NCBI GenBank assembly: GCA_036401595.1
Contig: DASWUM010000020.1
Span: forward strand, 4,784 to 68,783
Direction: 5' to 3'
Source of the DNA: Pyrinomonadaceae bacterium
GTDB taxonomy: Bacteria; Acidobacteriota; Blastocatellia; Pyrinomonadales; Pyrinomonadaceae
DNA length: 64,000 bases
A program made the translations under genes and the position numbers. Below, piece after piece: positions 7,679 to 17,170 of this stretch. The notes under the pieces were generated by a model. That model made no database searches. It was not told the origin of the DNA and was given only the letters and a program-made list of their open reading frames with translations. The number at the start of each line of letters is the position of its first letter. Within the stretch, counting starts at the first letter, position 1.

Positions 7679-7734
7679 GCCGCAGATGAACGCAGATCTT
7701 CGCAGATCTGCGTTCATCCGTTAAATCCGCGGCT
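7679..7734. repeat. palindromic intergenic repeat (CGCAGAT type) between convergent genes; likely bidirectional terminator
   Basis: gatgaacgcagatc (7685-7698), ttcgca, gatctgcgttcatc (7705-7718) form a perfect 14-bp stem. Outer arms gccgc / gcggc extend it. The element overlaps the TAG stop of the minus-strand gene at 7733-7735. Confidence 0.85.
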
Positions 7735-8692
7735 AAATACCTGCCAGGAGTTTCTTCCAACGCACCCATGCTTCGTCGCGTGCCTTCTTGTTTCCCTTCC
7801 ACGCCGTTAAGTTTTTCTGATAATCCTCGGCGGCCTTATCGTCGGCGGCTTTGTCACCCTTGGGTTGCGGAGCTACCGGCTCAGGCGCCTCACCGGCGCG
7901 CATGAAACCATGTCCCGCACCTTCGTACGTAACTGGATCAAAAGTCTTCTTCAACTCAGTCATTGCTTCCGACGTCTTCGGCAAAGTGGCGTTGATGCGA
8001 GCATCGTTGCCGGCGTAGAAGCCGTAAACCGGAGCAGTGATCTTTGCGAGGGCTGCTTTGTCCGGAGTGCCATCGGCGGCGGCCGGCGCTGAACCATAAA
8101 ACACAAACGCTGCTTTGATGTTTGGGTTGTTGGTGGCAAAACGGAACGATTGACTACCGCCCCAACAGTATCCTGTCACCACCACCTTGCCGTTCGACGC
8201 CGGAACTTTCGAGATGTAATCCGCAACGGCATTCAGGTCGGCAGTAATTTGATCCGGCGGAAGATCGCGGATCGCCTGGCCCACTCCATTACGATCGAGC
8301 GAACTCGTGCCACCACCGTTTGGTCCCATGCCCGAAAGCAGATCCGGTGCGATGGCAACGTAACCAGCTTCGGCTAGCTGGTCCGTCAAACTCTGCACCC
8401 AGTCGCTCATGCCGAAGATTTCATGAATGACGATCACTGCCGTCGCTTTGCTCTTATTCTCGGGATAGACCACGAAACTATTCACTTCGCGTGTGCCGTT
8501 CTTAATCTTCACCCACTCCTGGTGACGCGGCGACTTAGCCAAGCGCTGCTTGGCCCATTCCTGCGACTCATTCGGATCGGCCGCCGCCGCAGCCGGCGCG
8601 TTGTCGTTGTGGTGGTTCGCGTTCATGTCCTGTGCACAGGACGTTACCGAGCACAGGAGTACCAGCATAAACAAAGTGATCGTTGATCTCAT
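7733..8692 (-). CDS. dienelactone hydrolase family protein, exported
   Basis: Signal peptide MRSTITLFMLVLLCSVTSCAQ. DLH motifs VIVIHEIFGMSDWVQSLTDQLAEAGYVAIAPDLL, nucleophile elbow GYCWGG and EGAGHGF. Confidence 0.8.
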   Translation of the reverse strand: MRSTITLFMLVLLCSVTSCAQDMNANHHNDNAPAAAAADPNESQEWAKQRLAKSPRHQEWVKIKNGTREVNSFVVYPENKSKATAVIVIHEIFGMSDWVQSLTDQLAEAGYVAIAPDLLSGMGPNGGGTSSLDRNGVGQAIRDLPPDQITADLNAVADYISKVPASNGKVVVTGYCWGGSQSFRFATNNPNIKAAFVFYGSAPAAADGTPDKAALAKITAPVYGFYAGNDARINATLPKTSEAMTELKKTFDPVTYEGAGHGFMRAGEAPEPVAPQPKGDKAADDKAAEDYQKNLTAWKGNKKARDEAWVRWKKLLAGI

Positions 8693-8719
8693 TTTCCTCT
8701 CCCCGTTAGTTCTTTGATC

Positions 8720-10819
8720 TCACTTTTCAATATCGAAGTTGGCCCACTGGACCAGCGTCGTCTTCTTGTCTTTGGCCGCAGTCTCGACCACCACCACCTG
8801 AAGGTAGTAGTTGCCCGGTTCCAGATCTGCGGGCAAGTGCACTACACCGCCGCCGTAGAGACGCACCAGATCTGTTTGATTCGCAGCATTGATCGGAGTC
8901 TCCGGTCCCGTGAAAACAACCTTGCCATCGCGAAACAGCTTGGTCTGCACAACCAGATTCCGTAACGCACCACTCGAATTCGTGGCGTTGTAGACGATAT
9001 AAGCGAAATGGACGTCCGAATTCTTCGTAAAGCGTCTCGTGCCGGGGTTGGCGAGCGCGAATCCCTTGCTGTCGGTTCCGAGCACGAGTCCTGAAACCGC
9101 GAGCCGGTTGTTACCCAGATTGGGAACCGCCACAAACTGTCCGGCGGAACCGATGTGCGATGAATTTTTGTCTCGGGCAGCAATACGCACCTGGTAAGCG
9201 CCCGCATTCTTGACGGGCATGTCGAAGGTAATGTTCATGCCGAAGCGCTTCGCCTGTTCGTAATCTTCGTCAGTCAAACTCACACTCGCACTCCGCGTGA
9301 GCTGCTGAACCACGGCGCCATTGTCTCCGAAGATCACACCGTGCAACTCGATCGAGCCCTCTCGCTTTCCATTGACCGAAGTAAAAGTCATGTCGGCGGC
9401 ATCGAGGTAAACAAACGATCGAATCATCGAGCCCGCAATCTTGTCGTTTGCAAAAAATGACGTGATGTCGAGATTGATGTCCTGTTTTCCAAAAGGCGAC
9501 ATGAGCGCGAGGTTAGTGAGGTCGCGAACAGAGCGTCGATTCTTGTTTGCTTCTTCTTCACTCAACCCAAAGAAACCGAAACGCGTTCGCAAACTCATGC
9601 CGGAACGCTTCACCTTTGCCTTGATGTGATGGAACTTCCGGTTGAATGTCTCGTCAGTTGGTCGATAACCGATCAGGTAATAGCCGCTCTGATCTTCGAG
9701 GATGCGATCGAATTGAAAGCTGTTTGAGTTACGAACCTGAAAGCCGCCGGTTTGCCGCGCGATCATGTCTCCACCCTGGCGGCGGCTGAAAGCCAGTTTG
9801 GAACGAGACGACATCAAGGCGTTCATTTGGCCGGTAATCTGACGGAAATCGCCACCGAACGAATCTCTCGCTGAGATTCCAGTATCCGGAAGGCCCTGCG
9901 TGTCGACGGAATAAATAACGACCGACGACCGGATTGCTTTCTCGGCGATTTTTTGTAGGTACTGGGTGTAGTTGAGTGAAGAAGAGCCAACATTAGTAGC
10001 CGGGCTGAATTGGTCCAGGGTCAGTTCCTGCGACTCAACCGGTATGCTGTCTGAGAGCAGGACAAGCGATTTGCGTCCCGGCAACTCGCCCAAAGCGTCG
10101 ACTACAAAACGCACAACCCTGAGACTACTCCCTAACGAACTCCCACACGGTGCTTGTAACGCGTCAAACTCTGCCGCAGAAGAGTAGTTATTGAAGGCTG
10201 GACCAACGCCACTCGGCGCAAACAGAAATTGGCCCACACGACTGCACGGATTCCACCTCACTTGCTCCATCGCGCGATTCAAAACCCGCCGATCATTTGT
10301 GAACTGTTGCAGCGCGCCTACTTCGCCGCTGGTGCGGATGATCGCTACCAGATCGTTAGGCTGCATTTGCTCCGCAAGAAACTTCTTTAACTCTCGTCTA
10401 ACCAGGCCCATGCTCTCAGCCGAAAGACCAAGATCGTCGACCAGCAGTGCGATAGTGCGGCGCGGAACGTCGGCTTTTACAGGCGCAAAAGGCACGATGT
10501 CCGGACCTTTATCTCGCGCGATATTGACCGGTTGTGAACTCACGCCCGATACATTTGAAATGTAAGCGAAACTCGAAATCGCCTGCTTGCGGCCGTCTTC
10601 GTAGATCTCGAAATCGTCTGCCGTCAGATCCTTCACCAGTTTTCCGTCTTTGGTGACGACTGCATCAACCTGGACCAGGTTGGTGGTGATTTTGACAACG
10701 TCGCCGTCATCGTCGCCGGGTTTCTGCGGTTGGGGCGAGGGCGCAGGCTTAGTTTGGGCCAATACAGGCAACAAGACGCAGAACACTACCAGCAAAGCGA
10801 GGGATGTTCTTATCTTCAT
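8720..10819 (-). CDS. VWA domain-containing protein (VWFA-related acidobacterial domain, TIGR03436-like)
   Basis: Signal peptide. TTNLVQVDAVVTKDGKLVKDLTADDFEIYEDGRKQAISSF is the typical N-terminal signature of this family, followed by a VWA-like core (IALLVDDLGLS). Confidence 0.8.
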   Translation of the reverse strand: MKIRTSLALLVVFCVLLPVLAQTKPAPSPQPQKPGDDDGDVVKITTNLVQVDAVVTKDGKLVKDLTADDFEIYEDGRKQAISSFAYISNVSGVSSQPVNIARDKGPDIVPFAPVKADVPRRTIALLVDDLGLSAESMGLVRRELKKFLAEQMQPNDLVAIIRTSGEVGALQQFTNDRRVLNRAMEQVRWNPCSRVGQFLFAPSGVGPAFNNYSSAAEFDALQAPCGSSLGSSLRVVRFVVDALGELPGRKSLVLLSDSIPVESQELTLDQFSPATNVGSSSLNYTQYLQKIAEKAIRSSVVIYSVDTQGLPDTGISARDSFGGDFRQITGQMNALMSSRSKLAFSRRQGGDMIARQTGGFQVRNSNSFQFDRILEDQSGYYLIGYRPTDETFNRKFHHIKAKVKRSGMSLRTRFGFFGLSEEEANKNRRSVRDLTNLALMSPFGKQDINLDITSFFANDKIAGSMIRSFVYLDAADMTFTSVNGKREGSIELHGVIFGDNGAVVQQLTRSASVSLTDEDYEQAKRFGMNITFDMPVKNAGAYQVRIAARDKNSSHIGSAGQFVAVPNLGNNRLAVSGLVLGTDSKGFALANPGTRRFTKNSDVHFAYIVYNATNSSGALRNLVVQTKLFRDGKVVFTGPETPINAANQTDLVRLYGGGVVHLPADLEPGNYYLQVVVVETAAKDKKTTLVQWANFDIEK

Positions 10820-10985
10820 CGGGCAGTCTCCTATAACGAAATTGCGTTAGGGAGAGAGTTTTGGGGGTAACGGTGCGAAATACGAAATCCTCTAAAGTCT
10901 AAGGCAGAAGCCAAAAAGTACCAAATACAAAGCGACAAGGTGTATTATCTGCGCGCTCTGCCATCCTGATCAGGGAGAAAATAAA

Positions 10986-11375
10986 ATGTCGAAATCTCTC
11001 CTCTTAATGTTATGTATCCTAACTGGTCTCTTAGTGCTCGCCTGTGCCAAATCGGCTGATACAAATCGTAATGTGGCGGCTCCAGCGGGCACGAACTCGT
11101 CTGCTCCAGCCAGTACGCCCGCGACAACTGCCGCTGCAGGTGACAAGATCGGCATCGCGGAATGCGATAGCTTCCTGACCGCGTACGACAATTGTGTTTC
11201 AACCAAAGTTCCCGAAGCGGTGCGCGCGCAGTACAAGACCGCCATCAACACCTGGCGCACGGAGTGGAAGAAACTCGCCGACAACCCGCAAACACGCGGA
11301 ACACTCGCAACTGTTTGCAAGAATCAACTCGAAACTGCTCGCACGCAGGTCAAATCCTTCGGCTGCACTCTCTAA
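10986..11375 (+). CDS. hypothetical lipoprotein
   Basis: Lipobox LLVLAC in MSKSLLLMLCILTGLLVLACAKS. RBS agggag upstream. A hairpin terminator follows. Confidence 0.6.
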   Translation: MSKSLLLMLCILTGLLVLACAKSADTNRNVAAPAGTNSSAPASTPATTAAAGDKIGIAECDSFLTAYDNCVSTKVPEAVRAQYKTAINTWRTEWKKLADNPQTRGTLATVCKNQLETARTQVKSFGCTL

Positions 11376-11395
11376 CTCAATCTTCTTTGCGTCAC

Positions 11396-11427
11396 AAAAA
11401 GGCACAAGATGGTTTTGTGCCTTTTTT
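11396..11427. terminator. rho-independent, bidirectional terminator hairpin (CACAAAA repeat flavour)
   Basis: aaaaaggcacaa-gatggt-ttgtgcctttttt is a stem flanked by an A-run and a T-run. It lies between convergent genes ending at 11375 (+) and 11433 (-). Confidence 0.8.
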
Positions 11428-11432
11428 GTGGC

Positions 11433-12887
11433 TCATTTCATTGTCATGATCGCGGCCCAGATCTCAAAGCCGTCCCAAAGGTTTTGCAGGCGAATATTCT
11501 CGTTCTCGGCGTGCTGGTTGTTGTCGTAATTAGCGATGGGCACAGAGATCGTCACGGTGCTGAGTCGCTCGGTGATGATTGAAAGTGGGAGACTGCCGCC
11601 GGACGTCGGCAACAAAACGATCTTGTCCTGTGAGGTTGATTGCACGGCGTCGATAACCGACTTCGAAATCGGCAAATCCATGCGCGTGCGGTCGGCGTTG
11701 TAACCACCCGCCCGAACGTTGACTCGTGCCAGCAACGGGTACTGTGCTCGCTCAGCGTCTGTCGGTTCGCGATCGGCAACGTAGTAACCCTGCTTGCGAA
11801 TGTGCTCGATCAGTCGTTGTGTTTGTCGTGCTTGATCGTTTCCCTTTACCAGACGCAGATCTAGCACCGCCGTGGCAGTCGTCGGAATTACATTCCGAGC
11901 GAGGGCGCCAACATCACCACTCGCAAACCCATTGATGTTCAACGACGGCTGAGCGATCAACTCCAGTAACGACTTTCCGCCGCCCTCGGTGCGTTTGATC
12001 CCTAGCTGCTGCTTCAACTCTTCGTCGTATTGCGGCGCTTCGGCAATCGCGCGACGCTCTACTTCGCCGAGCGGCTCCGTGTCGGAATACCAGCCGTCGA
12101 TCGTCACGCGTCCATCGTCATCTTTCATCGACGCTAACAAGCGCGCGAGCAAATTCGCCGGATTCGGCGACCAGTTTCCGTAGTGACCACTGTGCAACGG
12201 CCGCTTCGCGGCGTAGACCGTGAGATCGACATTCGTGTCGCCACGCGCTCCAAACACAACCTGCTTGCGACCGGACTGGTGCACTGGTCCATCGCCGATG
12301 ATCCACGCGTCGGCCGCGAGCAGCTCCTTGTTGAGATTGATGATCTCGCCGAGATGCGGCGAACCGGCTTCTTCTTCACCTTCGAAAAAGAATTTGATGT
12401 TTGAGGTAAGCGGGATGCCTTTGTCTTTGAGGGCACTGAACGCGGTGAGAATCGCCATCACACCGGCTTTGTCGTCTGACGCTGAGCGAGCGTAGATGCG
12501 CCCCGCTCGGAATACAGGTTGCCACGGCAGGGTGTCGGTCCATTGCTTAGGGTCAGTTGGCTGACCATCGTAGTGCGCGTAGACGAGAATGGTCCGTTGC
12601 GCGCCCGGTGTTTTCCATTCGCCATAAACTGCGGGTGGTGTATTGGGAGTCGACGCTTCGAGCAGACGCGGATTTAGTCCCCGCTGCTTCATCATGTCGA
12701 CGATGAAGTCTGCGTTGCGACGAATGTTCTGCGTGTCAGACGCAACATTCGGAATCGCCAGCAGCTCCATGAACTGTTTCAGGATCTGTTGCTCGTTGGC
12801 CTTGCGGTAATCACGCACTTTGTCTTGCGTGGTTTGGGCCAGGAGCGAAGACGGCAGAAGGATCAGAAAAAACAGGATGCGCAGCAT
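11433..12887 (-). CDS. M20 family dipeptidase/peptidase, exported
   Basis: ILVYAHYDGQPTD, SASDDKAGVMAIL and FFFEGEEEAGSPHL are metal-ligand motifs of M20. I start the gene at MLRILFFLILLPSSLLAQ (cat at 12885-12887). The 17 extra codons in the track are read-through of a repeat. Confidence 0.8.
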   Translation of the reverse strand: MLRILFFLILLPSSLLAQTTQDKVRDYRKANEQQILKQFMELLAIPNVASDTQNIRRNADFIVDMMKQRGLNPRLLEASTPNTPPAVYGEWKTPGAQRTILVYAHYDGQPTDPKQWTDTLPWQPVFRAGRIYARSASDDKAGVMAILTAFSALKDKGIPLTSNIKFFFEGEEEAGSPHLGEIINLNKELLAADAWIIGDGPVHQSGRKQVVFGARGDTNVDLTVYAAKRPLHSGHYGNWSPNPANLLARLLASMKDDDGRVTIDGWYSDTEPLGEVERRAIAEAPQYDEELKQQLGIKRTEGGGKSLLELIAQPSLNINGFASGDVGALARNVIPTTATAVLDLRLVKGNDQARQTQRLIEHIRKQGYYVADREPTDAERAQYPLLARVNVRAGGYNADRTRMDLPISKSVIDAVQSTSQDKIVLLPTSGGSLPLSIITERLSTVTISVPIANYDNNQHAENENIRLQNLWDGFEIWAAIMTMK

Positions 12888-12900
12888 GCGCCGGATTATA

Positions 12901-12979
12901 GCCACAGATAACACGGATTGAATACGGATCGCGAGCATGAGGCTACAGATCCGGTTTTAAAATCCGCGCAAATCCGCGT
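12901..12979. repeat. heptamer-phased intergenic repeat (CACAGAT/CACGGAT forward units, then ATCCGCG reverse units)
   Basis: gccacagataacacggattgaatacggatc...ggctacagatccggttttaaaatccgcgcaaatccgcg. The units are spaced about 10-11 nt apart. Confidence 0.8.
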
Positions 12980-14257
12980 TTACGGTTTTACAACGCCGCC
13001 GTTATCGAGGGCTGTGTAAACATCGGCTGAGAACAGTCCGAGCCACGGATCTGATTTCGGTGTCAGAAAGAGATTCGCATAGACCTTCTCATTCAGCTTA
13101 GCGACGTCATTGCGCACAGGGTCTTTCAGCAACCAGACATAAAGCTTCGTGTGCATCAGGTATTCATTGCGAACTGTGTCGAGTGCAATCAACTCCCGAA
13201 ACCTGTTCAGGAGGCGGGCCAACTCTTCGTCGCTGAGCGCTGGATTCTGACGCTTGATCAAAGCGATGCTGCGGTCGTCGAGAACGGCATCTGATGAATG
13301 GAGCTCCGCAATCTTATTCCAGGCTGCTTCATCGGTAATCTTTCCCAATTCCACTGAGGCCGTGGTCATCGCACCCAGGATCGATCTCTCGGTTCTTGCC
13401 TTGGTCACGGCAAGTGACGTGATGCTGATCGCTTCTCCATTTGCGTCTTTTTCGAGGCGGAAACCTGCGGGCTTCTTGCCGCCGATCGTCTCCGTATCTT
13501 TGAACCAGGCGACACTGATCCGGTTGTGTTGCTCTTCGTAAAACGCGCGCTTCAAAAGGTCTCTTTGCTGATCGTTCTTTCCTGCCAGTGATTTGAAGAG
13601 CGCTTCCGCGTTTGCAAGACCGCGCAGAAAAGCCTGTGGTCCATACAAACCGGGCAGCGCTTCGATCGGACGAGCTTCAGAGTCGAGAATGTAATGAATG
13701 CTGTTGCCGGTCAACGTACGCTCGAGTTTGCGCCCGTCTCCAAAATCGATCGTGATGATCGGGACCGGGCGCACTGACTCCCAGTGCAGCACAAACTTCT
13801 CTCGGAGAACGTCTGCAACTTCGGCGTTGGGGTAGAGCACGGTGCGAAAGAACCTGCTGTTCGCGCAGCTAAACTCGTCGGTCAGCTTTCCTAAAAGACG
13901 CAAAGAGAGGATTGGTTTGCTGCTGGTTGCCGAAGCCTTTTTTGCGGCATCGAGATCCGTGTACCAGTAAAGACCCGCGATGTAGCTGTTCTTCTGTTGT
14001 GCGACGGTATCGAGAGCCGTCGTTATTCGGTGCCACTGTTCGTTCGAGGCTGCGGTCGGGTTGGCGATGTGCGCTTTGATCTCCTCGGCGTACTGCGCCC
14101 GCAACGCTTGTAGGCCAGCCGGACCAAGCGACCGCAATTCTTCGATTGCTGCGGCATCTCCGGAAACAGCTTTGCGGGCCAGGGCCTCAACAGGCTCAGT
14201 TGCAAAGGAAATTTGGGCAGAAACGAGGACGAACAGGAGTAACGACAGGATCTTCAT
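12980..14257 (-). CDS. hypothetical exported protein
   Basis: I start the gene at MKILSLLLFVLVSAQISFA (cat at 14255-14257), with a GGAGGT RBS at 14262-14267 on the coding strand. I do not recognise a family. Confidence 0.65.
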   Translation of the reverse strand: MKILSLLLFVLVSAQISFATEPVEALARKAVSGDAAAIEELRSLGPAGLQALRAQYAEEIKAHIANPTAASNEQWHRITTALDTVAQQKNSYIAGLYWYTDLDAAKKASATSSKPILSLRLLGKLTDEFSCANSRFFRTVLYPNAEVADVLREKFVLHWESVRPVPIITIDFGDGRKLERTLTGNSIHYILDSEARPIEALPGLYGPQAFLRGLANAEALFKSLAGKNDQQRDLLKRAFYEEQHNRISVAWFKDTETIGGKKPAGFRLEKDANGEAISITSLAVTKARTERSILGAMTTASVELGKITDEAAWNKIAELHSSDAVLDDRSIALIKRQNPALSDEELARLLNRFRELIALDTVRNEYLMHTKLYVWLLKDPVRNDVAKLNEKVYANLFLTPKSDPWLGLFSADVYTALDNGGVVKP

Positions 14258-14322
14258 CGGGACCTCCAGAGAATTGGCGGTTGGAGGTCGTCCCACGGGG
14301 TTTGGTTGCCTTACGAGGTTTT

Positions 14323-14344
14323 AGCCACGGATGAACGCGGATTA
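14323..14344. repeat. solo arm of the AGCCRC-capped heptamer repeat
   Basis: agccacggatgaacgcggatta. Its last 3 nt are the stop codon of the gene at 14342-15670. Confidence 0.7.
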
Positions 14345-15670
14345 CTTCTTCATCAAGTCGAGCACGGCTGAGGTCGTCGCTTTTACTCCAGTCCGCAAGG
14401 TCGGCTCGGGGACGGGGGCGAAGAGGGCCGAGTGCAGACCCGGCAGCGCGACACCTGATTCCCTGCTCTGCTTGACCTTCACGGGGTCTGAAGCGCCGAG
14501 CCAGAAGATCGTGGTGGGGATCTTACGGTCGAGGCTGAAATAGCTGAAGTCTTCACTCGCCATCATCGGCGGCATCTGCACCACATTCTCGTCGCCTAGC
14601 GCTTGCTTGAACACGCCGACGAGACGTTCGAGTAACTGCGGATCGTTGTACGTTGACCCCGTTCCTTCAGCGATTTTTACAATCGGCGCACGATCTTCAG
14701 GAATGCCTGCCGTCGCTGCAACACCTTTAGCGATCCGCTCGATCGCCGCCAGCACGCGTTTCCTGACTTCCTCTTTGTAAGTGCGCACCGTCAGTTGCAG
14801 ATTTACTTCGTCAGGAATGATGTTGTAACGCGTGCCGCCGTGAATCGATCCGACAGTGACCACGGCCGGATCGAGTGGCGAATTCTCACGACTTACTATT
14901 GTTTGTAAAGCCATGACGACTTGGGCCGCCACTACGATCGGATCTTTAGCTAACTCCGGCGCGGAGCCATGACCACCAATGCCTCTGATCTTAATGTCGA
15001 TCGACGTCGCACTCGCCATCGCATAACCAGGCGTGTAACCAACCTTGCCGGTTTCGAGTTCGGGTTTGTCGTGCAACGCGATCGCGAAATCAGGTCTCGG
15101 GAAATTGTTGTAAACGTTGTCGCGCAACATCGCATTTGCGCCGTCGCCGGTTTCTTCGGCCGGTTGGGCCAGCATCACCAGCGTGCCACTCCAACGACTC
15201 TTCAACTCCGTCAACATCTTCGCGCTGCCGAGAAAACTCGTCATGTGCATGTCGTGACCACACGCATGCATCACGTTTACTTCGAGGCCCGCGTCGTTCT
15301 TAGTCTTCACGCTGCTCGCGTAGGCAAGACCTGTTTTTTCCTCAACCGGGAGGGCGTCGAGCTCGGTTCTGAATAGCACCGTCGGCCCCGGTCCATTTTT
15401 CATCACTCCGACGACGCCGTAGCCAACCCACTGCTCATTTTGAAACTTGCCGATGCGTTCGGTAACTGTAAAGCCGAGTTTGCGCAACTCTCCGGCCACA
15501 AAGGCCGCAGTCTTTTCCTCGCGATGAGACAACTCTGGCGCCGTGTGGAGATTTCTGTAAGTAGTCAACCACGACGCCATGTCACGATCGATCATGGCGT
15601 CGAGCGATTGTGCGTTGACATTTACGGCCACCACGGCAAGAGCCGCGATTACGAGGAAAATTTTGCGCAT
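14342..15670 (-). CDS. M20D family amidohydrolase (aminoacylase/hippurate hydrolase-like), exported
   Basis: MHACGHDMHMTSFLGSAK, IRGIGGHGSAPE and AEETGDGA are M20D signatures. Signal peptide MRKIFLVIAALAVVAVNVNAQ. Confidence 0.85.
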   Translation of the reverse strand: MRKIFLVIAALAVVAVNVNAQSLDAMIDRDMASWLTTYRNLHTAPELSHREEKTAAFVAGELRKLGFTVTERIGKFQNEQWVGYGVVGVMKNGPGPTVLFRTELDALPVEEKTGLAYASSVKTKNDAGLEVNVMHACGHDMHMTSFLGSAKMLTELKSRWSGTLVMLAQPAEETGDGANAMLRDNVYNNFPRPDFAIALHDKPELETGKVGYTPGYAMASATSIDIKIRGIGGHGSAPELAKDPIVVAAQVVMALQTIVSRENSPLDPAVVTVGSIHGGTRYNIIPDEVNLQLTVRTYKEEVRKRVLAAIERIAKGVAATAGIPEDRAPIVKIAEGTGSTYNDPQLLERLVGVFKQALGDENVVQMPPMMASEDFSYFSLDRKIPTTIFWLGASDPVKVKQSRESGVALPGLHSALFAPVPEPTLRTGVKATTSAVLDLMKK

Positions 15671-16176
15671 ATTTTCTTGAGCTCACTGATTCTGGCGAGA
15701 TGATAATCGTCGTGTTCCGCCTGGAAAAATAACATATCGACGAGCCGCATCTGTTGATTTAATCGCGGGTGCAGCGCAGAACGGGCAAAAAGATCGGCGT
15801 CAAGACTCTCGAGACGGTCGACGAGCTCGAGCCTGGCGGCGCGGAACGCCGTCAGGATTGACGCAACTGGAACGTCGTTGTGGCTGGCTTCGAACGTCTT
15901 GCGATTCGACATGTCGGCGGCGTGCAGCGTTGTGTTGCCGGCGAGATACTCGTCGACACGCTGCGACACGAGACTTTCGAGATCGAGCAGATGGCCGGCG
16001 TTTTCCTGCATCGACCAGCGGCCGTCAACTTGTGCGATCAGTGTTTCGGGTTTGAGACCGCTGAACAGATCTTCGAGGCGTGCGGGTGTGCCGCGCACGC
16101 GCTCGATCATTTCGGGATAAATACCGGCGGGAAAATCAAACCTAAAGCTACGATCGGTCCATTTAATTCTTTGCAT
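15649..16176 (-). CDS. DinB family protein
   Basis: WSMQENAGHLLDLE and EHDDYHLARISEL supply the His triad of the DinB_2 four-helix bundle. It overlaps the downstream gene by 22 nt. Confidence 0.75.
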   Translation of the reverse strand: MQRIKWTDRSFRFDFPAGIYPEMIERVRGTPARLEDLFSGLKPETLIAQVDGRWSMQENAGHLLDLESLVSQRVDEYLAGNTTLHAADMSNRKTFEASHNDVPVASILTAFRAARLELVDRLESLDADLFARSALHPRLNQQMRLVDMLFFQAEHDDYHLARISELKKICAKFSS

Positions 16177-16178
16177 TG

Positions 16179-16249
16179 AGAGTAGATCCTATCCACAGAT
16201 TTCACAGATTCTATCTTAATCAATCTGTGTAATCTGTGGATTCTACTCT
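16179..16249. repeat. palindromic intergenic repeat (CACAGAT type)
   Basis: The left arm agagtagatcctatccacagatttcacagatt pairs with the right arm caatctgtgtaatctgtggattctactct. It abuts the stop codon at 16249-16251. Confidence 0.85.
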
Positions 16250-16668
16250 TATTGAGCTTCGCTTGGCTGCGTGAGGCTGAACCAGTTGCCGGAATTGTCT
16301 TTGAAAACTGCTTCGATGCCGTATGGTCGCTCGGCGGGTTCGGAGACGAATTGCACGCCTTTGGCTTTCAGCTCCTCGTAGGTGCCGCGACAATCGTCGG
16401 TATTGAAGACGCCTGCGCCCATCACACCTTTCGCCATGATTCCGCGTAGCTGGTTCGACGTCTCTTCGTCCATCAGCATACCGGGCTTTGGTTCGAGGAG
16501 GACGATCTCGAAGTTTGGATCGTCGTTCGTGCACATCGTCAACCAACGAAAGTCCGCGCCCACCATTGCGTCGGTGTGCACGCGGAAACCCAGCTTGTCG
16601 CGATAAAACTCGAGCGCTTCGGCCTGATTGTTAACAAAAATTGTGGCGTGAGACATCCTGCGGATCAT
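16249..16668 (-). CDS. VOC family protein (glyoxalase/bleomycin resistance/dioxygenase fold)
   Basis: MSHATIFVNNQAEALEFYRDKLGFRVHTD is a typical first beta-alpha-beta-beta-beta module. Length is 139 aa. Confidence 0.8.
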   Translation of the reverse strand: MIRRMSHATIFVNNQAEALEFYRDKLGFRVHTDAMVGADFRWLTMCTNDDPNFEIVLLEPKPGMLMDEETSNQLRGIMAKGVMGAGVFNTDDCRGTYEELKAKGVQFVSEPAERPYGIEAVFKDNSGNWFSLTQPSEAQ

Positions 16669-16763
16669 ATCGGTTCTCTCCTATGAAAAGTTGAGGAGAG
16701 GATACCCGTTTCGATGAGAGACTGCTTCTTGAAAATTGCTTTCTAGCTGCAGATTTGCACGGT

Positions 16764-17168
16764 TCAGACTAATTTGTGCATGACGAGGAAGCAGCCGGGG
16801 ATTTGGCGTTTGGCTTGTGCTCGTTCGCGATAGGTCACTGGAGCATGACCGACGCAGCGGTGAAAGAGCGTGCTGAACGAGCCGAGGCTTTGAAAGCCGA
16901 CTTCGAAACAGACGTCTGTCACGCGCAGTTCGTCTTCACTGAGCAACTCCTTCGCTTTTTCAATGCGACGATGGATGAGGTATTGATGCGGAGTCTGGTT
17001 GAAAGCCTGCCGGAACAACCGCAGGAAGTGATAACGCGAAAAGCAGGCTTTCTCTGAAATCTGGTCGAGATTCAGCGGATGGTCGTAGCAGTGATCGATG
17101 AAATCACGCGCTCGACCAAGCCGCTGAAGCGTTTCGAGATCCGGCAGAGTATCGATTCTTCTGACCAT
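16764..17168 (-). CDS. AraC family transcriptional regulator (HTH_18 domain only)
   Basis: LDQISEKACFSRYHFLRLFRQAFNQTPHQYLIHRRIEKAKELL...DVCFEVGFQSLGSFSTLFHRCVGHAPVTYR. Confidence 0.85.
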   Translation of the reverse strand: MVRRIDTLPDLETLQRLGRARDFIDHCYDHPLNLDQISEKACFSRYHFLRLFRQAFNQTPHQYLIHRRIEKAKELLSEDELRVTDVCFEVGFQSLGSFSTLFHRCVGHAPVTYRERAQAKRQIPGCFLVMHKLV

Positions 17169-17170
17169 AG